A stretch of DNA of 64,000 nt, taken from the NCBI GenBank assembly GCA_030704615.1, contig CM060733.1, positions 35,774,001 through 35,838,000 of the forward strand. Direction: 5' to 3'. The translations under genes and the position numbers were made by a program. The notes beneath the pieces were generated by a model. It ran no database searches, was not told the origin of the DNA, and saw nothing but the letters and a program-made list of their open reading frames with translations. Origin of the DNA: Takakia lepidozioides. Taxonomy: Eukaryota; Plantae; Bryophyta. This document shows positions 13,430 through 26,900 of this stretch, piece after piece. How positions within the stretch are numbered: the first letter of the stretch is position 1; each line of letters starts with the position of its first letter.

Positions 13430-15050
13430 ATGTTACTGCCAATGTGGCAACAGGAAAGTATCGAATAACAGATAACAGTGACGAGGAGAAGCTCTGGAGT
13501 GAATACGTTTCCGATCCCAGTCAATGGTGGAACAATAGGCAAAAGGGTGAATGCCCGTTGGAAGCAGACGCAAGTCAGCATAGGAACTAGTGTGATAAGT
13601 AGGGTTAGGGTGTGTGCTGGAACAATTCTAGGCTGTCATTGTCAGCTGCTAGCAGCAACGCAAGGATGTATGGATGATTTGTGCAGAGGCATGGATAGCT
13701 GAAGGAGCAGGGATAGAGTGTGGGTCCAGATTCATCCAAGAGGGCCGGACGTCAAGCTCCAGATTACCTGTGATTCCCTGTGGATCAATAGCTACAAGAA
13801 ACCTGCATGGGTAGATGGTCAACTAAAGGCAGCAGCTGCAGCGGCACAGTTGATAAAATCAGGCACCTCAACCATGACCACAGCTTCTGAAAGAGGATCA
13901 AGACAGGGAGTCCACACTGCCTCTTCTAGCACTTCTGGGCATGTGAAGATGCTTTGTGCAACAGGTAGACTGACAGAGGCCTCCATAGACTTTAAACCAA
14001 GTAGGCATTTCAGCAGATTCAGATGCGTATGTCTGTCTCTTGCTTAAGTGCATCAAGATGGAAGGTCTGGAAGCTGAAAAGCAGGTGCACACTCACATTA
14101 TCCAAAGTGGATTCACGCCAAAGTTTTTTCTACTCAACACCCTCGTCAACATGTATGTTAAGTGTGGGAGCATCATGGATGCTCACCAAGTGTTCAACAG
14201 AATGCCTCAACGATCTTCGATCACGTGGAATATAATGTTGGCAGGATTTACCAAGCATGGGTGTGGTAGGAATTCTTTGGAGACCTATGAGCAAATGCTG
14301 CGCAAAGGGGTGAAGCCCAACCACATCACATTTGTTTGTGTTTGCAATCCGTGTGCAAGCCTGGGAGCTCTGGAAAATGGGAAAGAGGTCCATGGTGACA
14401 TCGTCAAAGCTGGAATTGTACCAGATGTCAGTCTGAACACTCCCCTGGTGGACATGTATGCCAAATGTGGAAGCATTAAGGATGCGAAGGGAGTTTTCAA
14501 CACTATGGCTGAACGAGATGTGGTGTCATGGAACGCGATGCTTGCAGGGTATGCACAGCAGGGACGTGGTATGGAGGCTTTGGAGACCTATGATCAAATG
14601 ATGGGGGAAGGGGTGAAGCCCGACCACATCACGTTTGTGTGCATTTACAATGCGTTTGCAAGCCTGGCAGCTCTGGAAAAGGGCAAAGAGGTCCATGGCG
14701 ACATTGTCGGGCTGCAATTGTACCAAATGTCATTCTGAACAACACCCTCGTGGACATGTATGAAGGGAGTGTTCGACAGTATGGCTGAACGAGATGTGGT
14801 GTCGTGGAGTGCGATGATTGCAGGATATGCACAGCAAGGGCGCGGGATGGAGGCTTTGGAGACTAATGATGTGCGAAGGGGTGAAGCCCAACCACGTAGC
14901 GTTTGTTTCCATTTGCAATGCGTGTGCAAGCCTGGCAGCCCAGGAAAGTGCAAAGAGGTCCATGGTGACATCGTCATATCTGGAATTGTACCCGATGTCA
15001 TTCTGAACACTACCCTGATGGACATGTATGTCAAATGTGGGTGTGACATC
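13430..15050 (+). pseudogene. PLS-class PPR pseudogene with an N-terminal OSB-like PDF motif
   Basis: PDF-motif exon runs in frame into a PPR N-terminus (HVKMLCATGRLTEA). PLS repeats follow (NTLVNMYVKCGSIMDAHQVF, RDVVSWNAMLAGYAQQG, VKPDHITFV). Frameshifts near 14000, 14710 and 14870; 3' truncated. Confidence 0.85.
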
Positions 15051-15402
15051 CCGTCTTCTTGTTTTACGTGGTTCAATAAGGGCATGTTTTGGACATGTAT
15101 TTTGTCTCCTTTCCCACAAATCTGTTGACTATGTTGACTCTAGAACTGAGGAAAGGTCAAACCTATGGTGAAGAGCTTGAGATGGTAATCCTGAGTGTGA
15201 CACACAACTCACCTTTGACACCCCTAGTCTGGCCATGATAAGGGTCACTTAGCCTATTATGAAATATCCATCCAAACCTATCTGCAAGGAGGACCTGCCA
15301 TAAACTGGCTTGTGTATTAGACTCTGTCGTGGGTGGTGGTTCAAAACCCTTCTAGTCAGTGTTCTCTTTGTTCATTCTTTGATCAAATTCCCCATCTGTG
15401 CA

Positions 15403-15490
15403 GGTTGGAGAAGGAAGGATTTTGATACAAGATATGCAAGTGGCCCTTTTGGGATATGGGACAATGGTTCAGAACTGTCTGGCAGCTGCT
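15403..15490 (+). pseudogene. DXS: Isolated exon fragment of 1-deoxy-D-xylulose-5-phosphate synthase
   Basis: After a tgcag acceptor: VGEGRILIQDMQVALLGYGTMVQNCLAAA, matching the DXS C-terminal G.GRIL.EG..VALLGYG..VQ.CL.AA motif. Confidence 0.75.
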
Positions 15491-15935
15491 ACCGAACCAA
15501 TTTCAGAACTTGAAGGAGAAAGCTTCATAGTATGTGTAGTTGAGTACAGGCAAAGCCGTTGTTGTACCCTACACATCTTGTAATTGTACCTTTTTGCCCG
15601 TTGCTTTATACTTCATGAGATGCTCCATATTCCTCGTGGTGGTCTTGATCATGTTTTACCAGCGCTCTCATTGTGGCCTCAGGAATCGAACTACAGCATA
15701 TGCATGTTTTTTTTGCCTGGCAACCAGAGTCCTCCAGCTGATTGACAATTCACTCACATTTTTATCACAACCACCTTCCCACAATCCCATCGAACACCAT
15801 CCCATTCAAGAGAGGTGAAGCTCATCACTAGAATTCTGGGGCAAAAAGCAGACATGCAGGAAGTCATTGTGATAAAACCGAGAGAAAGCGCATATAAAAG
15901 AGCTGAAGGGATGAATATGAAAGGAACTGAAATAA

Positions 15936-16174
15936 ATTTTTTCTTTTTTCTTTTTTTTAAAGGGAAACACCTTGGAGCGACAGCTCACAAATCAGGCCCC
16001 TTGATAGAGAGGAGAAAATAACCTCTCAGTAACCTTGCTGTAAGGCTTTCAGATGGGACACCGCGCAGGGAAGAGGGCGAAGAGCGTACCACACCCGTCA
16101 AGTAGCAGGATTTGACCCCAGGGTCATCCGGATGGCACTCAGTGCACTTTACCAACTGAGCTACTGACTGTTGG
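15936..16174 (-). mobile_element. tRNA-derived SINE
   Basis: Minus strand has A box tagctcagttgg, B-box-like ggtcaaatcc and an A-rich tail. tgaaataa direct repeats at 15928-15935 and 16175-16182. Confidence 0.75.
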
Positions 16175-18514
16175 TGAAATAATAAAACTGAGGGGATAAA
16201 TCTGAAGGGAAATGAATTTTGTGAAACTAAAGCACTAATCAAGTTAGAAATGAATGGATAACAATAGCAGATGAGAATCTAGAGTTATTGAAAATGGCTA
16301 TTTATTGGGGAAGGTATGATCTTGATAGATAGGTCTTACCTGGGGAGGTACATCAAGAGAAAACAATCATGGTTTCTCCTCAGGGAGGAGCCAATAAACA
16401 AATCTCCTCCCCCTCGAAACTCATCGATCTGATCCCGAAATTGATCGGCACATATACGTAATCGAACCACCTTTTCTGCCACCAAAACCAATCTCTCTCG
16501 CCATGAGCCTGAACCATTTATTCCCAATGATCACCTTTGTTTGCGCTCGCGTGAACCCATGGAGGTTCGACGAGGACAAACCTATTGTCTTCAAATCAGT
16601 CCAGGATTAATCACTCTAACTACCCACTCTTGTTGCAAAAATAAACGACGGATTGTTTCAATCCTGACCCACTCAATGCAATTTCCTAACACTATGCATC
16701 TCCCAAAACGACTTAATGCGTCCCCAAATGTGAGTGTAGAGGTCTGTGTTTTGAACTAGCAGTAGATGTCATGCAGATTAGCCACTTTAATACCTTAGAT
16801 CTTTACCGTGCAAATAGTTTCCAGCAAGTTCTCAAATTGATTGAGATGGATATCTGCATCATATTTCCCATCATATAAGGGAAATGGTGGTCTGGTTGAA
16901 CTGCCATGTCATGTCATGAACCTAATTCTGATCAGCAGGTGTGACTGGATGTTTTCGAGTTCACGCTTGAGCCATTTAACAAAAAATTTCAGGGGTCACA
17001 TTTTCAATGGTAACCATTATAGGTTTGTCTACCTCAAGGGGTTTTTTCCTGCAGCTCTTTGTAGAAGCTATGAGAACCGGCAAGCCAAGCATTATAAGGA
17101 CTTTTGACTCGACGTGGGGATGGCATAACATCTTGTCCTCATGGGATGCTCATTCAATTCCCTGGACCTCTGCCTTTCCTGACTGTTGGAAGGCCACCGC
17201 CGTTGGAGACTGGTGACTGATGACAATATAAATTGGACTCGAGCACAATGAGTTTTTCTAACGATTTTTTTTAAAAAAATTGTGGGTTTTTTTTAGTTTG
17301 TTTCTCCAATGAAACTCTTCTAACTTAGTCGATATATTTGAGTAAGCCTAACCTTACACTAACGAAATATTTTTGTTAATAATACCAATCATATTACTTA
17401 CATATTAAATAATTATTTTCTTACCCCCAAACATTGGGGCGCGCAAGGTGGAAATCCCTATTGGTTGAAGGTGGACCGGACCAGTGTTGTTTAGGACATA
17501 CCAGTTGAGTATCTATAATGGTGTAAATGTTGTTTTTTTATATACTGGTATGAATATGAGTATTATGATCACAAGTACCATGTGGTATATAGTATCAATA
17601 GGGTATCATTCCAAGTAAATAAACAAAACAATAAACTATATATTATATTATATTATCCATTAAATAAATATAAATACGTATAAATACATAGCATATATAT
17701 AATAATTTAATATAGTATTGATACCAATATAAATGAGGAAGATGGCTGGGTAGTACTGGTATCAGTACTGGTATTGAAAAATCAATAACAGTTGGGTAGG
17801 TTCTGCAATACCAGATTTATACCCAGGTGAAACCCTCGTATTGAGATAGGAATAACCGTCCCCTTATCCGGTAAATTGAACCGGTTGCTTATGTTATTTT
17901 ATTTAAAATCAACTTTAAAATCACCCACCCTATAGCGCTCCGGGTAGGGCTTTGGTTCAGCGTTCAGGTCTTTTTGCGTTTCCGTGCAGGCGAAAAGAGA
18001 TATATATATTTATTTATTTATTTTTATTTTTATTTTTTCGCTACGCCCTCCGCGCCTACTTCCGCTCCATGCCAACACCATGTGAACTCTCAGATGATTA
18101 TCAATTCTTTTGAAGAATGAAAAACAAAAAAACACTAGTAGTACAACACGGGACCGGACTAGCTCCCCACACCAATCGCTTTTCGGCTCAATTACTTGCT
18201 TCACTAGCTTATGGTTGCTTTAACGGGCTTGCACCGTTCTCCGGATTACTACTGAATCTCCCTTCTCAAGGTCACTCTCTCTTCCTCTGGATAGACCTCC
18301 GTTGGCCTGGTTGGCTGTTGGCATGTTCGTGTGGATTGGAGGTCAAACTACATAGGCCCTACAAGCACACCCAGCTGAATGGAAATGGACATTTGGCATG
18401 AACATGGACCATTTTTTTTCCTTTATTGCCAAGAAAGCGTAAAGAGCTCTTAGAAATGCCAAGCCCCTCCTTCAAAAATGGAATGACAAGTGGGAGCATG
18501 TCCACTTTGGAGAA

Positions 18515-19540
18515 GAAAACTTGAAAAGTATTTGGTCCAATATTTGGGACAAAGCCAAATCGGCAAAGCTTAGTGCTTTCCTCTGGTAAGTGGCAAATAG
18601 GGTGCTTAAAGTGGGCCAGTTTCTAAGCTTTCTGCAAGATGCAATTCTTTGCAAATGTTACTTTGTAGGAACAATTGAAACTCTCGAACACTGCCTGCTC
18701 TTCTGCAGAACGCCTCACACTATTTGGCCTTTGGTTTAGCATGTAGCCCAGTGGTAATGGGCACATACTACGTTGGATGTGGTTGTGGGTTCAAACCACG
18801 GTCTGGTGTGTCATGAAGGTGTCCACCTTCTTAGCAGAAGGCAATAGCCCTTGGGGGTGAAGTGACTCCATAACGTTCCTTTCGAGATGTGTCATACTTT
18901 TTTTTTTCTGGCCTTTGGTTCAAGATTTTTACACCATGGGCACTCATGCCTATTGAGCAACTAGCCATTTTTCTAAACTTTCAACCTAGGTTCCAAATCT
19001 AAAGCCAGTAAGTAACTGTCCAGTGTTTGAAGCATTGAGAGGGACAACTCTATGGCACATCTGGGAAGCCCGCTGCACCTTAGCATTGGATGGCTGCTAA
19101 GAAAGCTTGGTCCAAATTGTATGCAGACATCGACGACAAAGCTCTGGAACGTCGACCTTCACTCTTCTCAACATTCAAAGCTACCTGGGGTAGGCAAGGC
19201 CTCATATTTAGCTGCGTTGAAGATCACTAATGTATCTGGCCCAACAATCTTCCGCTCCACTGGGAGCACTGTATTCGGCATCCCCGGAGTTTGATAGATC
19301 AGAGATCAACTGGAAGCACATTAAACTTGTTTCTAAATCTAGATTGCTCTTTCATATCTATAGACTCTCTTTGCACTCCTTCTTGCTCAGCTCGTCTCCT
19401 TCGTCTCCTACTTTTGCTCTACTGATAGGGTTTATTAATCCTTCATTCTCTTCTCTCATTAGGAATACTAGGCTTCTTGGAACCTTCCTTAGCTTTTAGT
19501 CCCTCTTGAGTGATTCACGTGGTGTATTGTTCTCACGTTA
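18515..19540 (+). mobile_element. L1-type LINE 3' remnant (zf-RVT region)
   Basis: IWSNIWDKAKSAKLSAFLW*VANRVLKVG...CKC...ETLEHCLLFC..PHTIW, followed by a pyrimidine-rich 3' UTR-like tract. Confidence 0.65.
18737..18908 (+). mobile_element. tRNA-derived SINE inserted in the L1 remnant
   Basis: A box tagcccagtgg, B box ggttcaaacc, oligo-T tail. Perfect 12-bp TSD tggcctttggtt at 18725-18736 and 18909-18920. Confidence 0.85.
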
Positions 19541-20002
19541 TCAGTCCTCAGATTATACCTTTAGGGTATAAGTAAATTATTTTTGTCAAATCATTTACCC
19601 TCGGGGTATGGATAAATTGAAATCTCAAAAAATTATTTACCCTCCGGGTATGCGTAAATTAACTTTTCAGATTTCTATATAACCCCCGGGTATGGATATA
19701 TATGCCAAAATACACCCTGAGGGTATGAATAGTTTCCGGGTATGGATAGTTATTTCCATTAATATATAATTTAATGGTTTTAAAGAATATTTTTTTTAAT
19801 TTTTTTATTTTCAAAAAAGAAACCAGGGAGCGACTGCTCACAAGATGTTCTTCAATATGTACAAAACACAAAAAAAAAAAAAAAAAAAAAAACCAAAAAA
19901 AACAATCTATGGTAAAAGAGAAAATTAATAAGATATTGCATAATATTTTGGTGTTAATTTCCAATGCAAGATGGAGGAGGTTTGAGATTTTAAAAAAAAC
20001 AC

Positions 20003-20160
20003 ATCGGCTGGTAGCTCGGCTGGTAAGTGCACAGTGTGTGTCACTCAGGTGGTTCGGGGTTCGAACCCGCTGCCCTGCCCCGTGTGTGGGATTGTTCGTG
20101 TGACGGTATGTTTGGGCGTTGATCGTCAGGTCTCATGGCCCATAAATGAAAGGGGGTTAA
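20003..20160 (+). mobile_element. 5' part of a tRNA-derived SINE interrupted by the large transposon; probable tail at 37686-37760
   Basis: A box tagctcggctgg and B box ggttcgaacc, with no tail on this side. An (AAAT)n/A tail lies ~55 bp past the right TTAA. Confidence 0.6.
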
Positions 20161-20740
20161 CCCTCAAGTTCCCAAGCCCTTTTTTGACTTTTTACCAATT
20201 TTGGGTACCCAGCTACAGTAAATTGCCCCTAGAAAATCATCCAAAGATTCCATCCTTATAGCAATGGGCCCAGCTCATTTATGCATGACATACCAAAAAA
20301 GGATCCAAGTCCACCGTGGAAATTGTGAGATTATAGCATTTGCCCGGACCATATATATCAGGTCCCAAATAAAAATGAGAAAGAAATTGTTTTGACCAAA
20401 TCAAAAGCTAGCTTTATCCAATTTTGCTTGCCCCAAGACCCACCATTTCCAAATCAACAGTGGAGTGGCTATGACCCCACTAAATTGCAGGTCCAACTGA
20501 TTTTTTCACCTATGGTTGCTATTCATGCAATTACATGGGGGTTGAAATCTCAAAATTGACAAGAGAAAATGTGCCTCCAAATGAAGTACTTTTTTTTTAC
20601 AATTTTAAAAAAAAGCCAATGGTGGATGTGTGTATGTAATGCTCACACACCAGTGAAGTGTTTTTTCCAAAATTGCTAATGTTCTGCCAAAAATGGCCTT
20701 TGGAGTGCAAGCCCTTATCATGCCCCAAAACGTAAATGAG

Positions 20741-20990
20741 AAGATAATAGGAATAATGTAAGAACTTAATGCAAGCGCGTCAGGACGGTCCAGCCCTGAC
20801 ACCCGTACCGCCGGTTCTTCGCCTCCGGCAGACATCGAAAGGCAGCCGGCTGGGCTCGGTCAATCCCTCCCCACCCCCGCCCTCATCCCATCGGCGTCGT
20901 CGCCCCCTGCGTCGTCGTTCTGCGACACCAGTCCGCCGCTTCCAGCAGTCCGCCAGTTCCCTGTAACCCCCGCCCCGGGTTCAACCATCA
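20741..20990 (+). repeat. Left arm, unique GC-rich part of the long internal inverted repeat
   Basis: gaagataataggaataatg...gcaagcgcgtcaggacggtccagccctgacaccc...ggttcaaccatcaccccc is the reverse complement of ~37270-37503. The ORF track shows near-identical peptides on opposite strands (20769+ and 37305-). Confidence 0.95.
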
Positions 20991-22630
20991 CCCCCATGTA
21001 ACCCTCTGTAACTCCGCCGAGTGTAACCCACACCACCATGTAACCCTCTGTAACCCATGTAACCCTCTATAACACCGCAGAGTGTCACCCCCACCCCTAT
21101 GTAACCCTCACTACATGTAACCCTTTGTAACACTTTGCAACCCATGTAACCCTATGTAACCCTCTGTAACACCGCAGAGTGTAACCCTCACTCCATGTAA
21201 CCCTCTGTAACCCTTTGTAACCCATGTAATCCTTTGTGACCCTCTGTAACCCATGTAACCCTCTCTGACCCTTTGTAACCCTCACCACCATGTAACCCTC
21301 TGTAACACCGCAGAGTGTCACCCTCACCCGTATGTAACCCTCACTCCATGTAACCCTCTCTGACCCTCTGTAACCCTCACCACCATGTAATCCTCTGTAA
21401 CCCATGTAACCCTCTGTGACCCTCTATATCCCTCATCAGGTGTAACCCTTACCACCATGTAACCCTCCGTAACCCTCACAAACCCTCTGTGACACCGCAG
21501 AGTGTCACCCTCATCCCATATCACCCTCACTCCATGTAACCCTCCGTAACCCTCACAAACCCTCTGTGACACCGCAGAGTGTCACCCTCATCCCATATCA
21601 CCCTCACTCCATGTAACCCTCACAAACCCTCTGTGGCTCTGTAACCCTCTGTAACACCGCAGAGTGTCGCCCTCACCCCTTATGTAACCCTCACTCCATG
21701 TAACCCTCTGTAACCCATGTAACCCTCTATGACCCTTTGTAACCCTCACCACCATTTAACCCTCTGTAACACCGCAGAGTGTCACCCTCACCCGTATGTA
21801 ACCCTCATTCCATGTAACCCTCACCACCATGTAACCCTCTGTAACCCATGTAACCCTCACCACCATGTAACCCTCTGTAACCCATGTAACCCTCTGTGAC
21901 CCTCTATATCCCTCACCAGGTGTAACCCTTACCTCCATGTAACCCTCTGTAACACCGCAGAGTGTCACCCTCGCCACCATGTAACCCTCACTCCATGTAA
22001 CCCTCACAAACCCTCTGTGGCTCTGTAACCTATGTAACCCTGTGTAACACCGCAGAGTGTTGCCCTCACCCCTTATGTAACCCTCACTCCATGTAACCCT
22101 CTGTAACCCATGTAACCCTCTGTGACCCTTTGTAACCCTCACCACCATGTAACCCTCTGTAACACCGCAGAGTGTCACCCTCACCCCTATGTAACCCTCA
22201 TTCCATGTAACCCTCTCTGACCCTCTTTAACCCTCACCACCATGTAACCCATGTAACCCTCTGTGACCCTCTATATCCCTCACCAGGTGTAACCCTTACC
22301 ACCATGTAACCCTCTGTAACACCGCAGAGTGTCACCCTCGCCACCATGTAACCCTCACTCCATGTAACCCTCACAAACCCCTGTGGCTTTGTAACCTATG
22401 TAACCCTCTGTAACACCGCAGAGTGTCGCCCTCACCCCTTATGTAACCCTCACTCCATGTAACCCTCTATAACCCATGTAACCCTCTGTGACCCTTTGTA
22501 ACCCTCACCACCATGTAACCCTCTGTACACCGCAGAGTGTCACCCTCACCCCTATGTAACCCTCACTCCATGTAACCCTCTCTAACCCTCTGTAACCCTC
22601 ACCACCATGTTACCCTCTGTAACACCGCCT
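20960..22630 (+). repeat. Left TGTAACCC-motif array (C-rich on +) with higher-order units
   Basis: Dense tgtaaccc/tgtcaccc/tgtaacacc units. Marker ctatatccctca recurs at ~21424, 21904 and 22271. Confidence 0.95.
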
Positions 22631-22794
22631 CGTGTACATCATACACGTGTAAACTATCCGACGGCCGAATGGAGGTTTAAATAGAGGCCAAAACCCTAAT
22701 TTGCTCTCTCCATCCGTTTTTCATATTCCTAGCTCGCTCGTTTTTTTGCTTTGGGGCATCAGCTTTCTGCAATTCCCATGGTGCCCAATCGGCT

Positions 22795-23170
22795 TCACAC
22801 ATCAATGCGAAAGATTTGTAGTTCATTCAGTTCAGTATCGTCATCCCAGCAACATACAAGACAACTTTTTCCGCACAGCGATCCGTCAAATCTATTACTA
22901 TGGTTTTCTCTACGATTGATACGGTTGTCTCTATTCTTTTTCTTTCTCAATGTCATTCTTGTTGTTTTGTCACCGTCCCCGATGGCTATGGTATTCCTAA
23001 GATCCGCATTAGGAAAGGGTTTTGTTTCTTTCGGTCTAGCCATGCAAGCAGCCGCTCATTTGACGGGGTGCCCATTCACTCTCCTCTCGTGTATCTTTTG
23101 TTCACACACCAGCCGGGGCAGCCTACTCATCGCTATTATGGATGCAATACGTATCGAATCATGCGTGTTT
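22795..23170 (-). pseudogene. Degenerate inverted paralog of the N-terminal Zn-finger region of the ZnF-Ulp1 gene
   Basis: RRVNGHPVK*AAACMARPKETKPFPNADLRNTIA vs SRLNRHIVDGTAACMARPKGTKPFPDAELKHAMA at 24.1-24.25 kb. Confidence 0.75.
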
Positions 23171-23926
23171 TGCAAGCACTGTCAACCGGTTACATGTCTG
23201 ATGGTTTATATGACTACCTCACGTGTGCTATGGTTACACACAGGGGGTTACACGGTGTTTTCTTTCTCAATACATGCTAGCTTGGTAGACAGTTTAGTAA
23301 TGGAGGTTTAGATGGGGTTGACATGTTTGATGGGTTACGTGGATGTTGCGCTCGCAGAGCCACATAGGCTAGGGTTACATGGGTGGGGCATTACATTGAC
23401 CATGTTTACCTGGAGGTTGCATACTAAAGGTTTGATATGACAGGGTTACATCGATGTTGTGTTCGGGAGTCACATAGACTAGGGGTACATGAGGTTGTGA
23501 CGAAGGGTTACATCATATGTGGGTACCTGACGGAGGGTTACACTCGACGTGCCTGGCATGCGGGTAACGGCCGGTTTGTCGCGCTCACAAGTGTAGGGTT
23601 ACGGGTTACACTCCGCTATTCCGGGTGACATCGGGATTGCAACTCATACACGTGTGAGTCAGTACGGATATAATTGATTGCAAGCCGCCAGATTTTAATG
23701 AACCGCCGTCTTTCGCTTAACGGACGTGCCTTACGGGTGACATCTAGCTAGCTTCGTTCTTCGTTCTTTCATCATTGTTCAGTTTTCCCCTTCTCGCAGC
23801 CTTTCATATTCTTCCTGCACTCCTTGTTGTGCGTGCTCCCTGTTGTGCGTTCTTCGGAATTCTCTTGGTCTTGGTCTTTTCTTGCTCTTGCTCTTCTCTT
23901 CTCTTCTGTCAGCTTTTTCTTTTGTC

Positions 23927-26900
23927 ATGGCTGATTGTTATTTGTTCCCTGGAGAGGCTACTATTCCATTTGATCACTTGAAAAGGGATGGCGAACGAGT
24001 TCGCTTCTGGTACACTGAGCATGAGCATGCTACAATGATCGCGTACTGCCACACCAGGTGTAGAGAGGCCAAGGTGGAGGGAGCAAAGGGCCGGCCTAAG
24101 TTCAAATGTCCTTATTGTGGGGCAGTAAAGGTAGATAAGAGCAGATTGAATCGGCATATTGTCGATGGAACGGCCGCATGTATGGCCAGACCGAAAGGAA
24201 CAAAACCGTTTCCTGATGCGGAGCTCAAGCATGCCATGGCTGTTGAAAATGTGATGAATTCTGTTCCAGCTTCTTCTGTTGATGCATATCATGCATGGAT
24301 TCCGCAAAATAGGGTGGCTTTGGGTGAGATTGCAGATCCTATTGAAGTGCCTGCTGTTGTACCTTCTTCGGCTATTTCTGCTATAGAGGTTCCATCTTCT
24401 GGTGCTCCTGTTGTTTCTGTCCCTGGTCCTTCTATTTGGCAGGTTTCTAACGAGAGAGACAAGCGGCGATTGAGCCCGCCTCTACCTGTCCCTATTGCAA
24501 AGAAAATCAACATTGGAAACCGGGGAAACCGGAGCTCAAGGTTCATCTTGCGAAAGCGAACTCCAGGCTCAATCCTTCTGCTACCGCATGGCCTTATTCC
24601 TCAGTTCCCATTTCCGAATGTCAATGAGAAGGGGTTTTGGCCGGCATTCCAAGAATTTGTTGCGTGAGGCGAGGGCGCAGTCCATGCGACAGCTGCAAAA
24701 TCAAGTTGGGTTCTATCGACAGACAATCAAGTTGGATTCCCTGCCATTTCTCTGTTTTTCAAATTTTGGGCTGTTGTGTATCCATGTAACCCCTTGTGTT
24801 ACCCCCCCTGTCTCTCCTGTGGTGTGTAACCCAGAGTGTAACCCACCTACAGAGGACCCCTTTTAAAAACCCCTATGGTGTGTAACCCACCTCTGTGTAA
24901 CCCCGTGTAGCCCATCTTGTTTGTAACCCATTTTCATGTGTAACCCCTCGTGCTGTAACCTTTTTCTCTGGTGTAACCCCTCATGCTGTATTGCGCAGGG
25001 AGCTCGATATCATCTTAGAAGCGATGATATGGACAGTGTTGTTGCTGCCCACAAGGCGTTTACTGCCCAGCCTGATCATGGTCCATTAATGATAGAGGAA
25101 TTGAATCGGGTGAAGGAGTATTTAGAGAGCATTGAGCATCCTGACATGCCAAAGCAGAAAAGAAAAAAGGTGGGAGACTTACACGAGTCCATCGAGAGAG
25201 CCAAGCCTCACATGATGATGACACGATGGACGAACTAGCTGTTGGCAATACCGACCTTGACGATGCCAGAACTTCAAATCCTCTTGTCATCACTATTACT
25301 GTAGATGGAATCAAAGGTTTGGTTGTTCCAGATCCGTTGGAATTCACTCGTGGTTTTGCCGAAGGATTGATCAGTCAAATGGAGAATCTCACCAAACCGC
25401 ACATTGGACCGCCACCACTCCTTTTGAGAATTCTGGCCCACAACGATGTAAGAAATCATGGCAGGTCAGTTTCCCAAACGCATCCCAGGTTGGGGTTCAC
25501 GACTGAACTTCTGGAAAGTGCTCTTACGGCCTCAAAGGTGAAGGACCTGGTCGATGAGTATTACGGCTTTAGTCTGATGTACTTTGCACAACCTGGTGAC
25601 GGAATTGCGACCTTGGATTCTGAGCTCGAAGACTTAAGATCGAGTTTGAGTACAGAAGAGTGGGGTGACCGGTCAATTAAGATCAACGGAGCTATACAGT
25701 TTTGCAAGGCAAGCCGTCGTCGCGCCGCCCATCACTTTGCGATCCGACAGAGAGAATCGTTTATCCAACTTTGGTGTTGTGGCCTCTTCAGCGAATCACC
25801 AACAGAAATGGACTTCAATGCGCGTTTGGGCATCCAGTATATGAGAGACCTTGGGTCTGTAGTGCCTTGGTATCTCTGTAATTGTTACTCCATCCACTGT
25901 CACCCCTCTCGTCGTGTAACCCCTTTGTGTGTAATCTTGTAATCATTGTAACCCTCGCTATGTGGAACCTTGTAACTCAGTGTAACCCTCGTTGTGTGTA
26001 ACCCTGTAATCAGTGTAACCCTCGCTATGTGGAACCTTGTACTCAGTGTAACCCTCGTTGTGTGTAACCCTGTAATCAGTGTAACCCTCGGAGAATGTAA
26101 CCCTGTAATCAGTGTACCCCTAATGGTACCCCTCGCTGTGTTACCCTAGATTTGTTACCCTCTCGTTGTGTAATCTCAGTAGTGTAACCCATGGTAGTGT
26201 AACCCATTGCAAACTACTGTCTCTAACAGGGTGGTGTAACCCACATCGTGTAATCCGAACCATTGTCTTGTCCTAGTCAGTGTAACCCTTACATAGTGTA
26301 ACCCTTGCACTTTCAAAAACCTTGTTCCACGACTAAAAACCTTTGTCTTTTCCCCGATGCAGATGAGTCCGAGCTCATGACCAATCAAGTCACCAATGCG
26401 TTCAAAAACCTTTTTGAGGCTCAACGTGAGCTTCACGAAGTTGTGTATGGGGCCCCTCCACAATGCGATACAGGGGCATAGGGGGCGCGCAGACGATCGA
26501 TGGGCCAATTTCCGCCCCGCAGAGCGACGATGTACATGACGAGGACATCATTCCAAGTCAATCTGCCGTTGTATCTTTGTCGCAGGTTGGTGAATTGTAC
26601 TCAACCCAGCTGCACTTAGGGGTGAACCTAACAGACTTGACGCGGGATTTGCCCATGAATTCTGATACTAATACTGAAGATGATACATCAAGGTGGAACA
26701 CCCAATTGCAAACCTCTTTGTCCGCAGCCCCAGTCATTTCTTTTGAAGGTCTTAATCGAAGAATCGGGGACCCGCTTGACCTAGAGTCTGTGTATGACTT
26801 TGAATCTGGAGATGCTAGGTTGAACCCTCGATGCAGCAATGTAAGTATTTGTCAGGATCATGTGGTCAACCTCTCTCAGAATGACCCAGCCTTCGTGGGT

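Noticed and set aside
21097-22184. ORFs of VTEGYM/LHG repeats (also at 31.1-32.3 kb and 36.3-37.3 kb)
   Set aside because: These are translation artefacts of the DNA arrays, open in several frames.
20960-22630. Arrays as a CRISPR locus or a true telomere
   Set aside because: There is no constant repeat with unique spacers and no cas genes. The arrays are interstitial, heterogeneous, and lie within transposon inverted repeats.
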